A DNA stretch of 34,840 bases from a virus (taxonomy: Duplodnaviria > Caudoviricetes). Numbering within the stretch: position 1 is the first letter of the stretch; every line of letters starts with the position of its first letter. Under the pieces are notes generated by a model. That model searched no databases. It was not told where the DNA came from and worked only from the letters and a program-made list of their open reading frames with translations. This document shows positions 8,522 to 17,637 of this stretch, in pieces. Location: positions 1 through 34,840 of the IMG/VR virus record IMGVR_UViG_3300045837_000056; one strand, written 5' to 3'. A program made the position numbers and the translations under genes.

Positions 8522-11500
8522 TTACGGTGCCCCCGGTCCCCTTCGCCGCTGCACCTTGCCCTGCGTCTGGATGCGTAGCCGCACGGCCTCCAGCGCCCAG
8601 GGATTGGTGCTGCTTAGCTGCAAATATATCGCATGGCCCGCGTACCTCACAGGCACGTTGTACGACCGCCCCGCGCTCAAGGTGCCCGTCGCCACCGCTC
8701 CCGCCGCGAACGCCGCCTGCGCCGACGTGCCCACGTACACCCCATAGGTGACGCTGCCGCTGCCTGTCCCTAAAACCGCCGTGAAGTCCTTGAGCAGAAT
8801 GGCGTCGAGTTCCTTGGTGACTAGAGGACCAATCCACACGTAGGAAGTAATGGGGGCGCCGTCGTCGGTAGTTTGACCCAGGTTGAAAGCACGCACGTAT
8901 CCGTCCCACGAACCCAGAAGAACGACCCGATCCGCAGCGTTGTTCCCATAGAACGTGTGGGCCACCAGCGGATTGTGATTATTATTCCCGAACTGGGATG
9001 GCCACCACGCATTGCTCCGCTGCTCCCAAAAGAAATGCACTTGCAGCGCCGCACCCAGGACGCTCGTAATGAAAACGTGAAGCCCCTGAAGCTGCTCATC
9101 CCAGGCCAGCCGGCACACGGTCACATCGACCGCCTGGTTAATCAGGAAGGGCTCAATCTGCTGGCTGATGCGCACCGGCTGCTCGCCCGGAATCATCCGG
9201 TAGATGCCCGTGCGCGAGGACGCGAAATAGAGGTTGCCAAAGGGGTCTTTGCACCACGGACTGCCCCACTGCACCCCCAGCTCGTCGGAAATCATCTGAA
9301 TCCGGCCGCCCGCCCCCGGATCGCCGGTCAGAAGCCAGATCGAATGGTCGCCCCCAAAGACCATCAATTGATCGGAATAGGGGATTAATGCCGTGATGGT
9401 GTCCGTAATGTTGTTGAACGGCGGATTGGCCCCGGCCACGGCCTGGTCGGGGCTGGGGCTGGTGGGGCTGGTCTGCCAGTCGTTGGGGTCGGCCATGCGC
9501 GACATGTACCAGAGCTGGAGCGCGCCCGCGATGCCCGCCACCACGGTTCTGCCGTTCCAGGTGCAGATGAGCCGGGGCGTCGAGCCGTCACTCGCCTGGG
9601 GGAAACTCCCGGCCGGCGTGCCGCCCGTGCCCAGCCACTTCACCACCGTGTTCGTCGTCGGGTCGTACTTGACGCCATAACCGCGCGTGTTGAAGTTGAT
9701 CCCGTCCACGAAGTACATCAGGCCGCCGTTGGGTGCCGAGCGAATGACCGGCGCGGTAGTCGAAAGATGATGCGCGCTGCATCCGGCTTCGGGACTGGCC
9801 ACCCCCGTGCCATCGCCCACGGGGTACCACGTATAGTTGCGGGCAATCTTCACGATGCCTGCCGCCACGGCGAGCAGGATGATGGTGCGCTGGAAATCTT
9901 GCAGTGCCTTTTGCGTGGCCGCCGAGCCGCCCGCGATGACCGCGATGGGTCCGGTCTGGTTGAAGGTCGTGGTGGACCAGTTGTTAAGCGTGCTGTCGTT
10001 GGCCAGCGCCGTGCTGTTGGTGCCCGGCGTGGGGTAGGCGTTCGTCACGCCGTAGAGCGGGGTCGAGAGGTACATCCCGCCGAGGCCCGACATGATCCAC
10101 ACCGACGCGCCCGAGCTATAGCCCGAGCCGCCCGTCACAACGCTGATCGTGGCCACCCCGCCGCCGCTGAGGGCCGCCGTGGCCAGCGCTCCGTAGCCAA
10201 ACCCGGCCGCGTTGGGCGAGATGTAGACGTTCGGCGTGGTGGTATATCCCGAGCCGTTCGCATTCACCGTAATGCTTTGAATGGCGTTGCCCACGATGAC
10301 AGCGCCGGCCGTGGCCCCCGTGCCGTTAAAGCCCAGGTCCGCGATGTAGCTCACACTGTTGGGCACTCCCAAGGTGCCGCTCGTCGCCGAGCCGCCCGTG
10401 GTGATCCATACCCCCGTCCCGCCCGGCGCGCCGGTGACGATGATGACGGTGTTCGCGGTGGTGCCGCTCGTGCCCGAGGGGAAGGTGGCCAGGTTGAACG
10501 ACGTGCCACTGGCGATGCTGTTCTGGGTCCACGACACCGAGCCGCCCGTGGTGATCTTCTTGACCGTCGTTCCCGGCAGGCACCAGTAGAACGCCGTGCC
10601 GTCCGAGAGCACGGCGGGCGGGGTGAAGGTGCTGCTGGTGGCCAGGGCGTTGACGCGGGTAATCATCCCGGTCTGGAACGCCTGCCAGAAGGTGATGCGC
10701 TCCATGCCCGTGGTGCCGTTCACGCCGGTGAGGCCAAACTGAAAGCCCATGAAGGCGTCGAACGCCGCCCCGGTGGCCCGCGCGATCGAGAAGTTCAGGG
10801 AAGCCCCGCCGGGGTTCAGGCTGGCGGTGATGCTCGCGTGGCGGTTGTCCGCACTGGTAATCACCGCTTCCACGAAGTAGAGCGTGTTCAGGTTGTACGT
10901 GACGTTCGTGGTGGTGGTGCCACTGATCGACGTGGCCCCCGTGATCGACATGTTGAACTTGCTGCCGTTGGCGTCGAGGATGATGTCCGTGGCGTCGTCG
11001 GGGATGTGGAAATCGTCGTCGAGCAGGCGCAGGCCCAGGCTGGACGCGCTGCCCTGAAACGTCGCCTGCATTTGAATCGTGCAGGCCCGCGTGTTCAGGT
11101 AGGTGCCGGTCGTCAGGTTAAAGTTGCCCGGGCCGAGGGTCTGGTCAATCTGGCAGCCGTTGTTGATGATTTGCGGGCTGTTCAAGGTCTGCGAGGCAAA
11201 GGAACTCGTCCAGGGCGTGGTCAGTGTTTCCGAGCCCATCGTGATCGGCAGCGCCTGGAAGTAGTTGGGCGTGTGGTTGTCGATGATGGTCCCGTAGGTG
11301 TCGATGAAGCTGTCCTGCGCGTAAATCGTCTTGGACGTGTCGATGAGGACGAGCGCGTAGGTGTAGGTGCCGCCCGAGAGTTTCACCACCGGAATGGCGA
11401 TGAAGTTGCCGGCGACGGCCATGCCCTGTGCGCCGCCGCATTCCTCGTAGGCGGGGTCGGCCATGAGCGCCGGCGTGGGCAGCCAGGGGACGGGGGTGTT

Positions 11501-12217
11501 GTAAGGGGCAATGCCGGCTTGCTGGCCGCCGGGGTAGCCGTCCACAACGAAACCACTACTGCTGGTGATGCGAAAGAGGCCCACGCCCGGATTGACAAAG
11601 TAGACGTAGCTGCCAATCTTGATGCCCGGCCCGAAGGACGTGTAGATGGTTCCCAGGCTTTGCGGCAACTGCGGCGTCAGGACGCCAACAATCATCGCGT
11701 CGGTAGACCAGTTCTGGACGCCGCCCGTGGTTACGCTCTCGATGCGCGGCGTGCGTTTGCCCGGCAGCCGGTCCAGGATTTGCGCCTGCGTCTTGGTCAC
11801 ATGGTCGGTGGTGACGAAAAACGACGTGCCATCGGTGCTGACCGCATCGGGCGTGTCGCCGGCCGTGCCGCCCGTCGCCACCAGCGCCCCGGCCTGATAA
11901 ATGGCCCACGGCAGGCCCCCGCCGCCGACAAAGCTGAGCACCGTGCCCTTTAAGTCCCACTGAAAGGCGGGGTTGTTGGGCAGCGCCTGCACGGCCACGA
12001 AGGAGTCAATGTCCTGAATCCAGTTCGAGCCGTTCACCTGCTGGTGGATGTACTGCTGGAGCCCCGGCCGCGCCCCGCCCCGGGGCCGCAGGGTGCCCGG
12101 CTCGAAGCCGCGCACGTTCAGCGCCGAGACGCACGTTCCCGGCCGCTGCCCCTCAAAGGGCGTAAGCTGGTCCACCCCTTCGGTCGGGAATGGCAGGGGA
12201 ATATCGAGGTCCGCCAT
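8522..12217 (-). CDS. Tail nozzle / tail tubular protein B-like (P22 gp10 / T7 gp12 analogue) with large insertion
   Basis: 1231 aa. N-terminus PFPTEGVD...LNVRGFEP...RGGARPGL; beta-propeller-like C-half (WNGRTVVAG, WYMSRMADPNDW, ITALIPYSDQLMVFGGDHSIW); downstream of the adaptor. Confidence 0.75.
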   Translation of the reverse strand: MADLDIPLPFPTEGVDQLTPFEGQRPGTCVSALNVRGFEPGTLRPRGGARPGLQQYIHQQVNGSNWIQDIDSFVAVQALPNNPAFQWDLKGTVLSFVGGGGLPWAIYQAGALVATGGTAGDTPDAVSTDGTSFFVTTDHVTKTQAQILDRLPGKRTPRIESVTTGGVQNWSTDAMIVGVLTPQLPQSLGTIYTSFGPGIKIGSYVYFVNPGVGLFRITSSSGFVVDGYPGGQQAGIAPYNTPVPWLPTPALMADPAYEECGGAQGMAVAGNFIAIPVVKLSGGTYTYALVLIDTSKTIYAQDSFIDTYGTIIDNHTPNYFQALPITMGSETLTTPWTSSFASQTLNSPQIINNGCQIDQTLGPGNFNLTTGTYLNTRACTIQMQATFQGSASSLGLRLLDDDFHIPDDATDIILDANGSKFNMSITGATSISGTTTTNVTYNLNTLYFVEAVITSADNRHASITASLNPGGASLNFSIARATGAAFDAFMGFQFGLTGVNGTTGMERITFWQAFQTGMITRVNALATSSTFTPPAVLSDGTAFYWCLPGTTVKKITTGGSVSWTQNSIASGTSFNLATFPSGTSGTTANTVIIVTGAPGGTGVWITTGGSATSGTLGVPNSVSYIADLGFNGTGATAGAVIVGNAIQSITVNANGSGYTTTPNVYISPNAAGFGYGALATAALSGGGVATISVVTGGSGYSSGASVWIMSGLGGMYLSTPLYGVTNAYPTPGTNSTALANDSTLNNWSTTTFNQTGPIAVIAGGSAATQKALQDFQRTIILLAVAAGIVKIARNYTWYPVGDGTGVASPEAGCSAHHLSTTAPVIRSAPNGGLMYFVDGINFNTRGYGVKYDPTTNTVVKWLGTGGTPAGSFPQASDGSTPRLICTWNGRTVVAGIAGALQLWYMSRMADPNDWQTSPTSPSPDQAVAGANPPFNNITDTITALIPYSDQLMVFGGDHSIWLLTGDPGAGGRIQMISDELGVQWGSPWCKDPFGNLYFASSRTGIYRMIPGEQPVRISQQIEPFLINQAVDVTVCRLAWDEQLQGLHVFITSVLGAALQVHFFWEQRSNAWWPSQFGNNNHNPLVAHTFYGNNAADRVVLLGSWDGYVRAFNLGQTTDDGAPITSYVWIGPLVTKELDAILLKDFTAVLGTGSGSVTYGVYVGTSAQAAFAAGAVATGTLSAGRSYNVPVRYAGHAIYLQLSSTNPWALEAVRLRIQTQGKVQRRRGPGAP

Positions 12218-12382
12218 TTACACCCCCTGCTCCCGGAGCGCCTGCCGCACCAGCCGCGCCAGCTCGTACTCCTTCTGGCGCAGGTCGCCCGCCAGCTTCT
12301 CGCCCCGCTCCACGCGGTTACGGAGCGATACCACGATGCGGAAGGCTTTTTGAATGGCCGCCGAGGTTTGCACGCGCAGCAT
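12218..12382 (-). CDS. Small basic hypothetical protein (54 aa)
   Basis: ATG 12382 with GGAG RBS; MLRVQTSAAIQKAFRIVVSLRNRVERGEK...EQGV; TAA abuts the nozzle ATG. Confidence 0.6.
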   Translation of the reverse strand: MLRVQTSAAIQKAFRIVVSLRNRVERGEKLAGDLRQKEYELARLVRQALREQGV

Positions 12383-12391
12383 GACCGCTCC

Positions 12392-12429
12392 AAAAAAAAG
12401 GCCACGGGGAGGTTGACAACCCCGTGGCC
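12392..12429 (-). terminator. Rho-independent terminator
   Basis: 10-bp stem GGCCACGGGG/CCCCGTGGCC followed by T8 on the minus strand. Confidence 0.85.
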
Positions 12430-12519
12430 CGCCGCATGGTGCCTTACAGGCAAAAAGAGCTGCTAACGCCCGCGCCGTTAAGTCACCCCCGAGGTTCCCG
12501 CCCGGCCGGCACCACGCAA

Positions 12520-12852
12520 CTACCGATGCCCGTTGCGACGGAGCCGCTGCGCGAGTTGCTGCGCCGCAGCCTGCTCCTGCTGCATCTGGGCCATGTTTTG
12601 AATCTGCTGCATCTTCTCCATCTGCTCCGCGAACCGCTTGGCCATGTCCAGAACCGCGATGATGTAAGACCACGTTTTGAACTCGGGCTTGGGATCGCTC
12701 GCGTTCTTGAAGTCCAGTGCCTGCACGGCCTGCGCGTCGGGGTTGTAACAAATCGTCAGCTTGTGGGTCAGGGCCAGCGGGTCATTGGCAACCGCTGGCG
12801 CTTCATCGCGGGCGGGTTGCTCGCGCACTTGGGACAGGTCGAGTTCGCTCAT
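12520..12852 (-). CDS. Hypothetical protein with Q-rich C-terminus
   Basis: 110 aa, ATG with AAGGA RBS, in operon. Confidence 0.7.
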   Translation of the reverse strand: MSELDLSQVREQPARDEAPAVANDPLALTHKLTICYNPDAQAVQALDFKNASDPKPEFKTWSYIIAVLDMAKRFAEQMEKMQQIQNMAQMQQEQAAAQQLAQRLRRNGHR

Positions 12853-12861
12853 GGGGTTTCC

Positions 12862-13335
12862 TTAAGTAGACCAGGGAGTGGTAACGGTTGCCGTGCCGGT
12901 CAGCTCGCCTTCCGCCATCCACACGTTCGTGGCGGCATCCACGAGGTAGACGAAATCGCCAATCGAGCCGCCGCCCTGGTGCGCCCCGTCCAGCGTCAGC
13001 GTGCCGGCATTCGCATTCGAGTTCGGGCCGCCCGTGGCGACGAACCACTTGCCCGTATTGGCCGTGTCCACGTTGATCGAGACGCCGCCGTAGAACAGGT
13101 CGGAGCTGCTGGCGCACTTGATGATGTAAGAGTTGGAGCTGAGCAGCGTTTTGACGGCGAACCAGTATTGCTTGCCGGTGCCCTTGGCGGCCGGCAGGGT
13201 AATCGTCAGGCCCGCCGCCGCCGACAGAAGGATGTAGCGCCAGCCGTCCAGCTCGGCCAGCGTCTTGCTCGCCGTCACAATGAGCGGGTCGTTGGGCAGG
13301 GCATCTTGGAAGCGCCGTAGTGCGCGTACGTTCAT
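12862..13335 (-). CDS. Putative virion structural/decoration protein
   Basis: 157 aa, beta-rich, TITLPAAKGTGKQYWFAV motif; within the structural operon. Confidence 0.6.
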   Translation of the reverse strand: MNVRALRRFQDALPNDPLIVTASKTLAELDGWRYILLSAAAGLTITLPAAKGTGKQYWFAVKTLLSSNSYIIKCASSSDLFYGGVSINVDTANTGKWFVATGGPNSNANAGTLTLDGAHQGGGSIGDFVYLVDAATNVWMAEGELTGTATVTTPWST

Positions 13336-13338
13336 GAG

Positions 13339-13944
13339 TTAGTACCTCTTCCAAAGACAGTTCGCGCCCGTGGCCGTGCCGAGCTGGAAAATCACCTGGA
13401 GCAAGCGGCAGCCAAAGACCCTTTGGAGAATGTGGCCAATCTGGTTGTTCCCCGGCGAGAACACCGCCGAACCTTCCAACTGCCCCCCTGTGGGGTCGGT
13501 GTGGGCAAAGGTTTGCGTAATCGTCTGGGCAAAGTTGTAATCCGGGTCGATTTCGCCACTGACCGGCCCCATCGTGGTCCCGAGCGTCACGCTGTACTGG
13601 CCGATGAGCAGCGGCATCCAAACCCGGTCGGCCCAGACATTGGGCGAGGCCCACTGAAAGCCCGTCGTCGAGTCCCAGGCGTAAATCGACATCTGGAACG
13701 TCGTCCCCGCGCCGCCGCTTCCAAACGGAACCAGCCGCACCGAACGGGCGCACTGGATATTGCCAATGCCCTTGGCCGTGCCGATGTTCAGCACGCCGTC
13801 GCCCGTGGCGATGACGCCATTGCCCGGGGGGATGGCCTCGGGATTGGTCAACGACGGGGCCGGCACCGGAAAGGTTTGGCTGGTGGCCATTCCCCCCGGG
13901 TTCGTCAGCGCCAGAAAGAAGTCGCTGCGGTCGCTTGCGTACAT
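13339..13944 (-). CDS. Putative virion structural protein
   Basis: 201 aa; TAATG coupling to the upstream gene. Confidence 0.6.
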   Translation of the reverse strand: MYASDRSDFFLALTNPGGMATSQTFPVPAPSLTNPEAIPPGNGVIATGDGVLNIGTAKGIGNIQCARSVRLVPFGSGGAGTTFQMSIYAWDSTTGFQWASPNVWADRVWMPLLIGQYSVTLGTTMGPVSGEIDPDYNFAQTITQTFAHTDPTGGQLEGSAVFSPGNNQIGHILQRVFGCRLLQVIFQLGTATGANCLWKRY

Positions 13945-14573
13945 TAAAACGGCGTATTGTTGACGGCGAGAATCAGGTTGAAGTAAAAGTTGAGAACGCC
14001 CGACGCGCCTTGCGTGGTAACGGGACTCAGCAAGAAGCCCTCATTGGCCCCGAAGGTCGGCGGATACTCGTTGCCCGCCGCCACGTTCACCAGCTCGCGC
14101 GTGTCCGCGTTGCCCGCCGTGTTGGGCAGGGAGAACGCCATCGCCGCGAACGGCTGGGTATCGGAGGTCGGCGAGCCCGTGGTAACGGCGGTCGAGGTGT
14201 TGACCACCTCAATGTTCGTGGCCCCGGCGAGAAAGCCGGAAATCTGATTCATGGCCACGGCCACGCCCTGGGTGGCCATTGCCTGAGCATTGGGGCCAAA
14301 GGTCGGCCCCGCCGTGCCCGCCGAGGGAGCCGTGTTCCAGCCACGGGCGATGGTGGCCTGAATGTCGGTGGACTGCGCCGCACCATAGGCCGTCGTCAGC
14401 ACCACCGAAACACTCAGCCGTTCCAGCCGGCAGAAGTGGGCCGTGTCCGTCCAGCGAAACGCCAGGAGACAGGAACCCGCCGAGATGGTCGTTACACCCA
14501 CCGCTTTGAGCGCCAGCCGATAGTGACCGCCTGGAGAGCCGCCGGTTCCCACATAATCTTGAAAGACTGCCAT
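13944..14573 (-). CDS. Putative virion structural protein
   Basis: 209 aa, A/T/G-rich; GAGAGG RBS. Confidence 0.6.
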   Translation of the reverse strand: MAVFQDYVGTGGSPGGHYRLALKAVGVTTISAGSCLLAFRWTDTAHFCRLERLSVSVVLTTAYGAAQSTDIQATIARGWNTAPSAGTAGPTFGPNAQAMATQGVAVAMNQISGFLAGATNIEVVNTSTAVTTGSPTSDTQPFAAMAFSLPNTAGNADTRELVNVAAGNEYPPTFGANEGFLLSPVTTQGASGVLNFYFNLILAVNNTPF

Positions 14574-14583
14574 GTGTTACCTC

Positions 14584-15387
14584 TCAACCAAAGGGTTGGC
14601 CATTGTAAGTGGCCGGGCTCGCCGGATAGTAATGCGGGTTCCAGCGTTCATCCTGCCAATCCGAGCGGTCCAGGTTCCGCCCCAGCTTGTCGGGCTTGTT
14701 GCGCCGGTCGAGGGCAATGGAAGCCAGCAAGCGCCGCTTGAACTCTTCGGCGTGCACGGTGGCCTGATCGTCCAGCCGCTTCTCGGCCACGGACAGACAG
14801 GCTTCCAAAATGGTTTCGGCGTGCTGCGCGCCGCCGTAGATGTAGGGAGTGGCCAGCGTCAGATAATCCGGGTTGATGTAGACCGGAAGCTGGAGCGTGT
14901 ACGCCTGGTCCGCCTTGGGGAACACAAACAACTGAAAGCGCTGGCTGCGCTGCGTCCCGCCCCCCAGAAGCGGCTGCTCGCACACGTACTGCGGCGGGCC
15001 GGTCATCGTCGGGTAGACCGAATACTGCTGGCGAATCTTGCCCTCGTTGGTCCACTCCACCCGCCACGGCAGCGCCGTCGTGCCCGACGTGAGCAGGCTG
15101 ACTTCCCCTTCGTGCCCGCCGTACTCGTCGGGCATCAAGATCGTGTTCGTTCCCGAGGCCAGCGTGAACGTCTTGAGCGGGCGCAAAAAGCTCCAGTCGA
15201 TGGGTGCGCCGTTCTCCTGGCAGGCGAAGTAAAATTGGCGCAGCGCCGATTGCGTGATGCCGTCCAGGTCGAACTGCTGCGCGCTGCTCCAGGCGGGATC
15301 GCCGTAGATGGCACCCCGTCCCCAGCCCAGGAACAACCCGATCCGGGCTTGCAGCTCCGACAGCGTGATGTTGAGCGTCGATTCCAC
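14584..15387 (-). CDS. Head-tail adaptor / tail tubular protein A-like (P22 gp4 / T7 gp11 analogue)
   Basis: 267 aa; ITLSELQARIG helix, WSFLRP...LMPDEY, FVFPKADQAYTL; lies between capsid and nozzle; GAGGT RBS. Confidence 0.7.
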   Translation of the reverse strand: MESTLNITLSELQARIGLFLGWGRGAIYGDPAWSSAQQFDLDGITQSALRQFYFACQENGAPIDWSFLRPLKTFTLASGTNTILMPDEYGGHEGEVSLLTSGTTALPWRVEWTNEGKIRQQYSVYPTMTGPPQYVCEQPLLGGGTQRSQRFQLFVFPKADQAYTLQLPVYINPDYLTLATPYIYGGAQHAETILEACLSVAEKRLDDQATVHAEEFKRRLLASIALDRRNKPDKLGRNLDRSDWQDERWNPHYYPASPATYNGQPFG

Positions 15388-15400
15388 GCATTACGACCTC

Positions 15401-15536
15401 AAAAAACCCCCGCCAGGGATTGGCCACCGCATGGGGGCATTGCGGCCCATAGAGAGACGCCCTGCTAGGACGCGCCCGGTTCACAGACAGCCCCGGGTCT
15501 TGCCACGGCTCTCCTGGCGTACCGCTCCTGGTGGGA
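15401..15536 (-). terminator. Multi-stem structured 3' UTR ending in a U-tract (terminator/attenuator candidate)
   Basis: CGCCAGG/CCTGGCG closing stem (15513-15519 with 15411-15417), several internal hairpins, then GGGGTTTTTT. Confidence 0.45.
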
Positions 15537-15538
15537 GA

Positions 15539-15928
15539 TCAACAGTATTCGCAGTTCTCGCTCTCCGACGGCGCGCCGCCGTGGGTGTGGCCGCCCAGGC
15601 TGCGGCCGTGTTCGTTGGCCGGCGACAGGCCGGCGCTCATGCCGTGCTTCTTGTTCATCGCCGTGTGCTCGGCGTGCTCGTGCGGGTCTTTCTTGCCGTG
15701 CCCGCGCGAGCCGTGGAAGGCCACCATGTCCTCGTGAATGATCTTGCCCGTATGCTTCTTGGCCTCGTGAATCGTCTTGCCCGTGTGCTTCATGAGAACG
15801 CCGCCTTTCTCCATCTTCTGGACATGCTCGGGGAGCGTGCCCGTGTTGTCGAAATGGTGCCGCTTGACCCAGGCGTGGCCGAACTTCGCGTTCAGGTAGG
15901 CGCGTTGCGCCTGGCTTTTGGCTGGCAT
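15539..15928 (-). CDS. Small His/Lys-rich protein (129 aa; start trimmed from track ORF)
   Basis: TAATG coupling at 15928. MPAKSQAQRAYLNAKFG... N-terminus, KHTGKxIHE twice, C-terminal CEYC. Confidence 0.7.
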   Translation of the reverse strand: MPAKSQAQRAYLNAKFGHAWVKRHHFDNTGTLPEHVQKMEKGGVLMKHTGKTIHEAKKHTGKIIHEDMVAFHGSRGHGKKDPHEHAEHTAMNKKHGMSAGLSPANEHGRSLGGHTHGGAPSESENCEYC

Positions 15929-16980
15929 TAGTAGGTTCCTAACTGGGCACAGCGCCACCAATCGAGGTACAGAATGCCTGATCCGGTGCTGGTCATGGCC
16001 ACGGCGACCGTGGGCTGCATCCACTTCGAGGGGAAGGTGCTGGCCTGGATGTCGGCCGGCACCAAAAAGGCCCCGGCCTGCTGGCCGTTCACGTAGAACT
16101 TGATGGTCGATTTGTACACGGTGCCCACCGTCTGGTTGGTGGTCACGGCCGATGTGGCAGCCAGTTGATCGACGGCCGGGGTGGGGTCGAACTTCCAGCC
16201 CAGCTTGATCTTCATGGTGCTGGGAGTAGTGAAGTTGCCCGAGGTGAACGTGGGCACCGTCAAGACGCTACCGCCACTGGGACCGTAGTTGGTCGAAAGG
16301 CGCTGGAGGGTGCTGGTGCCGCCTGGCGTTTGCACCGCGCCGCCCGCCACGTTGTAAACCACACCAAAGTCGGCGGTCAAAAACCCGGTGGGAGTCCCAT
16401 CGGTGGTGGGCTTGAAAAAGCCGAAGAGGGGCAAGGTGGTCGCCAGGCCGCTCGCTGCCGTGGAGTTAATCAGCGTCCCGGAAGCCGACGTTGGCGTACT
16501 GCTGCTGGCGCAGCCGGCCAAGCCGACAAAGGTGGCCATGTGCGCGGCCGTCACATCACTGACCGAAAGACATGCCTCAAACCACATCTTCCCACGGAAC
16601 TTCCCCGTGGTCGAGGAGGCGTCCACAAACCCGAATCCGCCCCCCGTTGCCGACAGGGCCGCTTGACGGTTGGCACCACCTGTCACGAGGAGGCCCAGCA
16701 CACCGCCTTCCAGGGGAAGATTCGTGGCGTCCGCCTGCTGGCCGATGACGGTGCCCGTGGCACCGATAAGGGAATACGATCCCCAGACGGCTTCCGACGA
16801 GGGCGAATACACATTGTTGGTAACGAGAAAGTCGTCCTCCATGAAGTAGCCGGGCTTGAGGCCGCCGCCGAGGTCTTGCTTGAAGTCCTCGATGGGGCAG
16901 TCGCGCCAAATCGACATGGACGGCCCGCGCCCGGTATCCTGTGCGGCCGGCGAAGCGTATTGATTGGTTTTGACGGCCAT
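15928..16980 (-). CDS. Putative minor capsid/decoration protein (beta-sandwich-like)
   Basis: 350 aa, two genes after the MCP; FMEDDF, KMWFEA, IKFYVNG, LYLDWWRCAQ motifs. Confidence 0.55.
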   Translation of the reverse strand: MAVKTNQYASPAAQDTGRGPSMSIWRDCPIEDFKQDLGGGLKPGYFMEDDFLVTNNVYSPSSEAVWGSYSLIGATGTVIGQQADATNLPLEGGVLGLLVTGGANRQAALSATGGGFGFVDASSTTGKFRGKMWFEACLSVSDVTAAHMATFVGLAGCASSSTPTSASGTLINSTAASGLATTLPLFGFFKPTTDGTPTGFLTADFGVVYNVAGGAVQTPGGTSTLQRLSTNYGPSGGSVLTVPTFTSGNFTTPSTMKIKLGWKFDPTPAVDQLAATSAVTTNQTVGTVYKSTIKFYVNGQQAGAFLVPADIQASTFPSKWMQPTVAVAMTSTGSGILYLDWWRCAQLGTY

Positions 16981-17610
16981 TTACTTCCTGCCTTTCACGT
17001 GCTCTTTTGGCTCTTGGCTCAATTCCGCTTCCAGTTCCTCAACGCGCTTCTGGAGCCGCTTGCGGCTGGCCCGCTCCTCCAGCTCCGCGATGCGCGTTTT
17101 CAGGGCCAGCTCCTCGTTGACCGGGAGCGATTCGGCGAGTTCCTGTCTTGGTTTTTCGCGCTCGCGGTAGATGCGGTCGTTGACCCACAGAAACGCCAGT
17201 TCCTCGCGCACGCCGCCCATGCCCGTGGGAATCTTCTGGATGCGGGCCGGGTTCACGCGCTTGTCGGTCGGCAAGATCGGCACGTTCTTGTTGCCGATCC
17301 GGTACTTGCCGTTCAGGTAAGGGATGCCGCGCCGGTCGTAGCTGATGTCCGGCACCTGCTCCTCCATCGTCCTGGCGCCGGGCACCGCGTACCCGACCAG
17401 GTGATGGCAGTAGCCGTTCTCGTCGAGGTCCGTTCCCGTGCAGCCAAAGGGGCAGTGATTGCCCGGCGACCGCGCCAGCGCGCCCTTGGCCTCGGGGTGA
17501 ATCTGATTCCGCCGCGCCCGCGATTCGGCAACGAGGGCTTCCAGCGAGGCCACGTCGTCGCTGACCGGCGGCAGAGGAGATTCCACGGGAGCATTCAAGG
17601 CGGCCTGCAT
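16981..17610 (-). CDS. Hypothetical protein with possible Zn site and C-terminal coiled coil
   Basis: 209 aa; CPFGC...GYCHH; ELALKTRIAELEE...RVEELEAEL. Confidence 0.65.
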   Translation of the reverse strand: MQAALNAPVESPLPPVSDDVASLEALVAESRARRNQIHPEAKGALARSPGNHCPFGCTGTDLDENGYCHHLVGYAVPGARTMEEQVPDISYDRRGIPYLNGKYRIGNKNVPILPTDKRVNPARIQKIPTGMGGVREELAFLWVNDRIYREREKPRQELAESLPVNEELALKTRIAELEERASRKRLQKRVEELEAELSQEPKEHVKGRK

Positions 17611-17637
17611 ATCAATTACCTACAAAAGCACTCTCAA

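Noticed and set aside
12431-12520. Cobalamin riboswitch or hammerhead ribozyme identity for the intergenic RNAs (GGGAA and CTGTAA here; AAGGGAA and AGCCAG at 4898-5013)
   Set aside because: Only short fragments match; a full B12 box or CUGANGA/GAAA core is absent.
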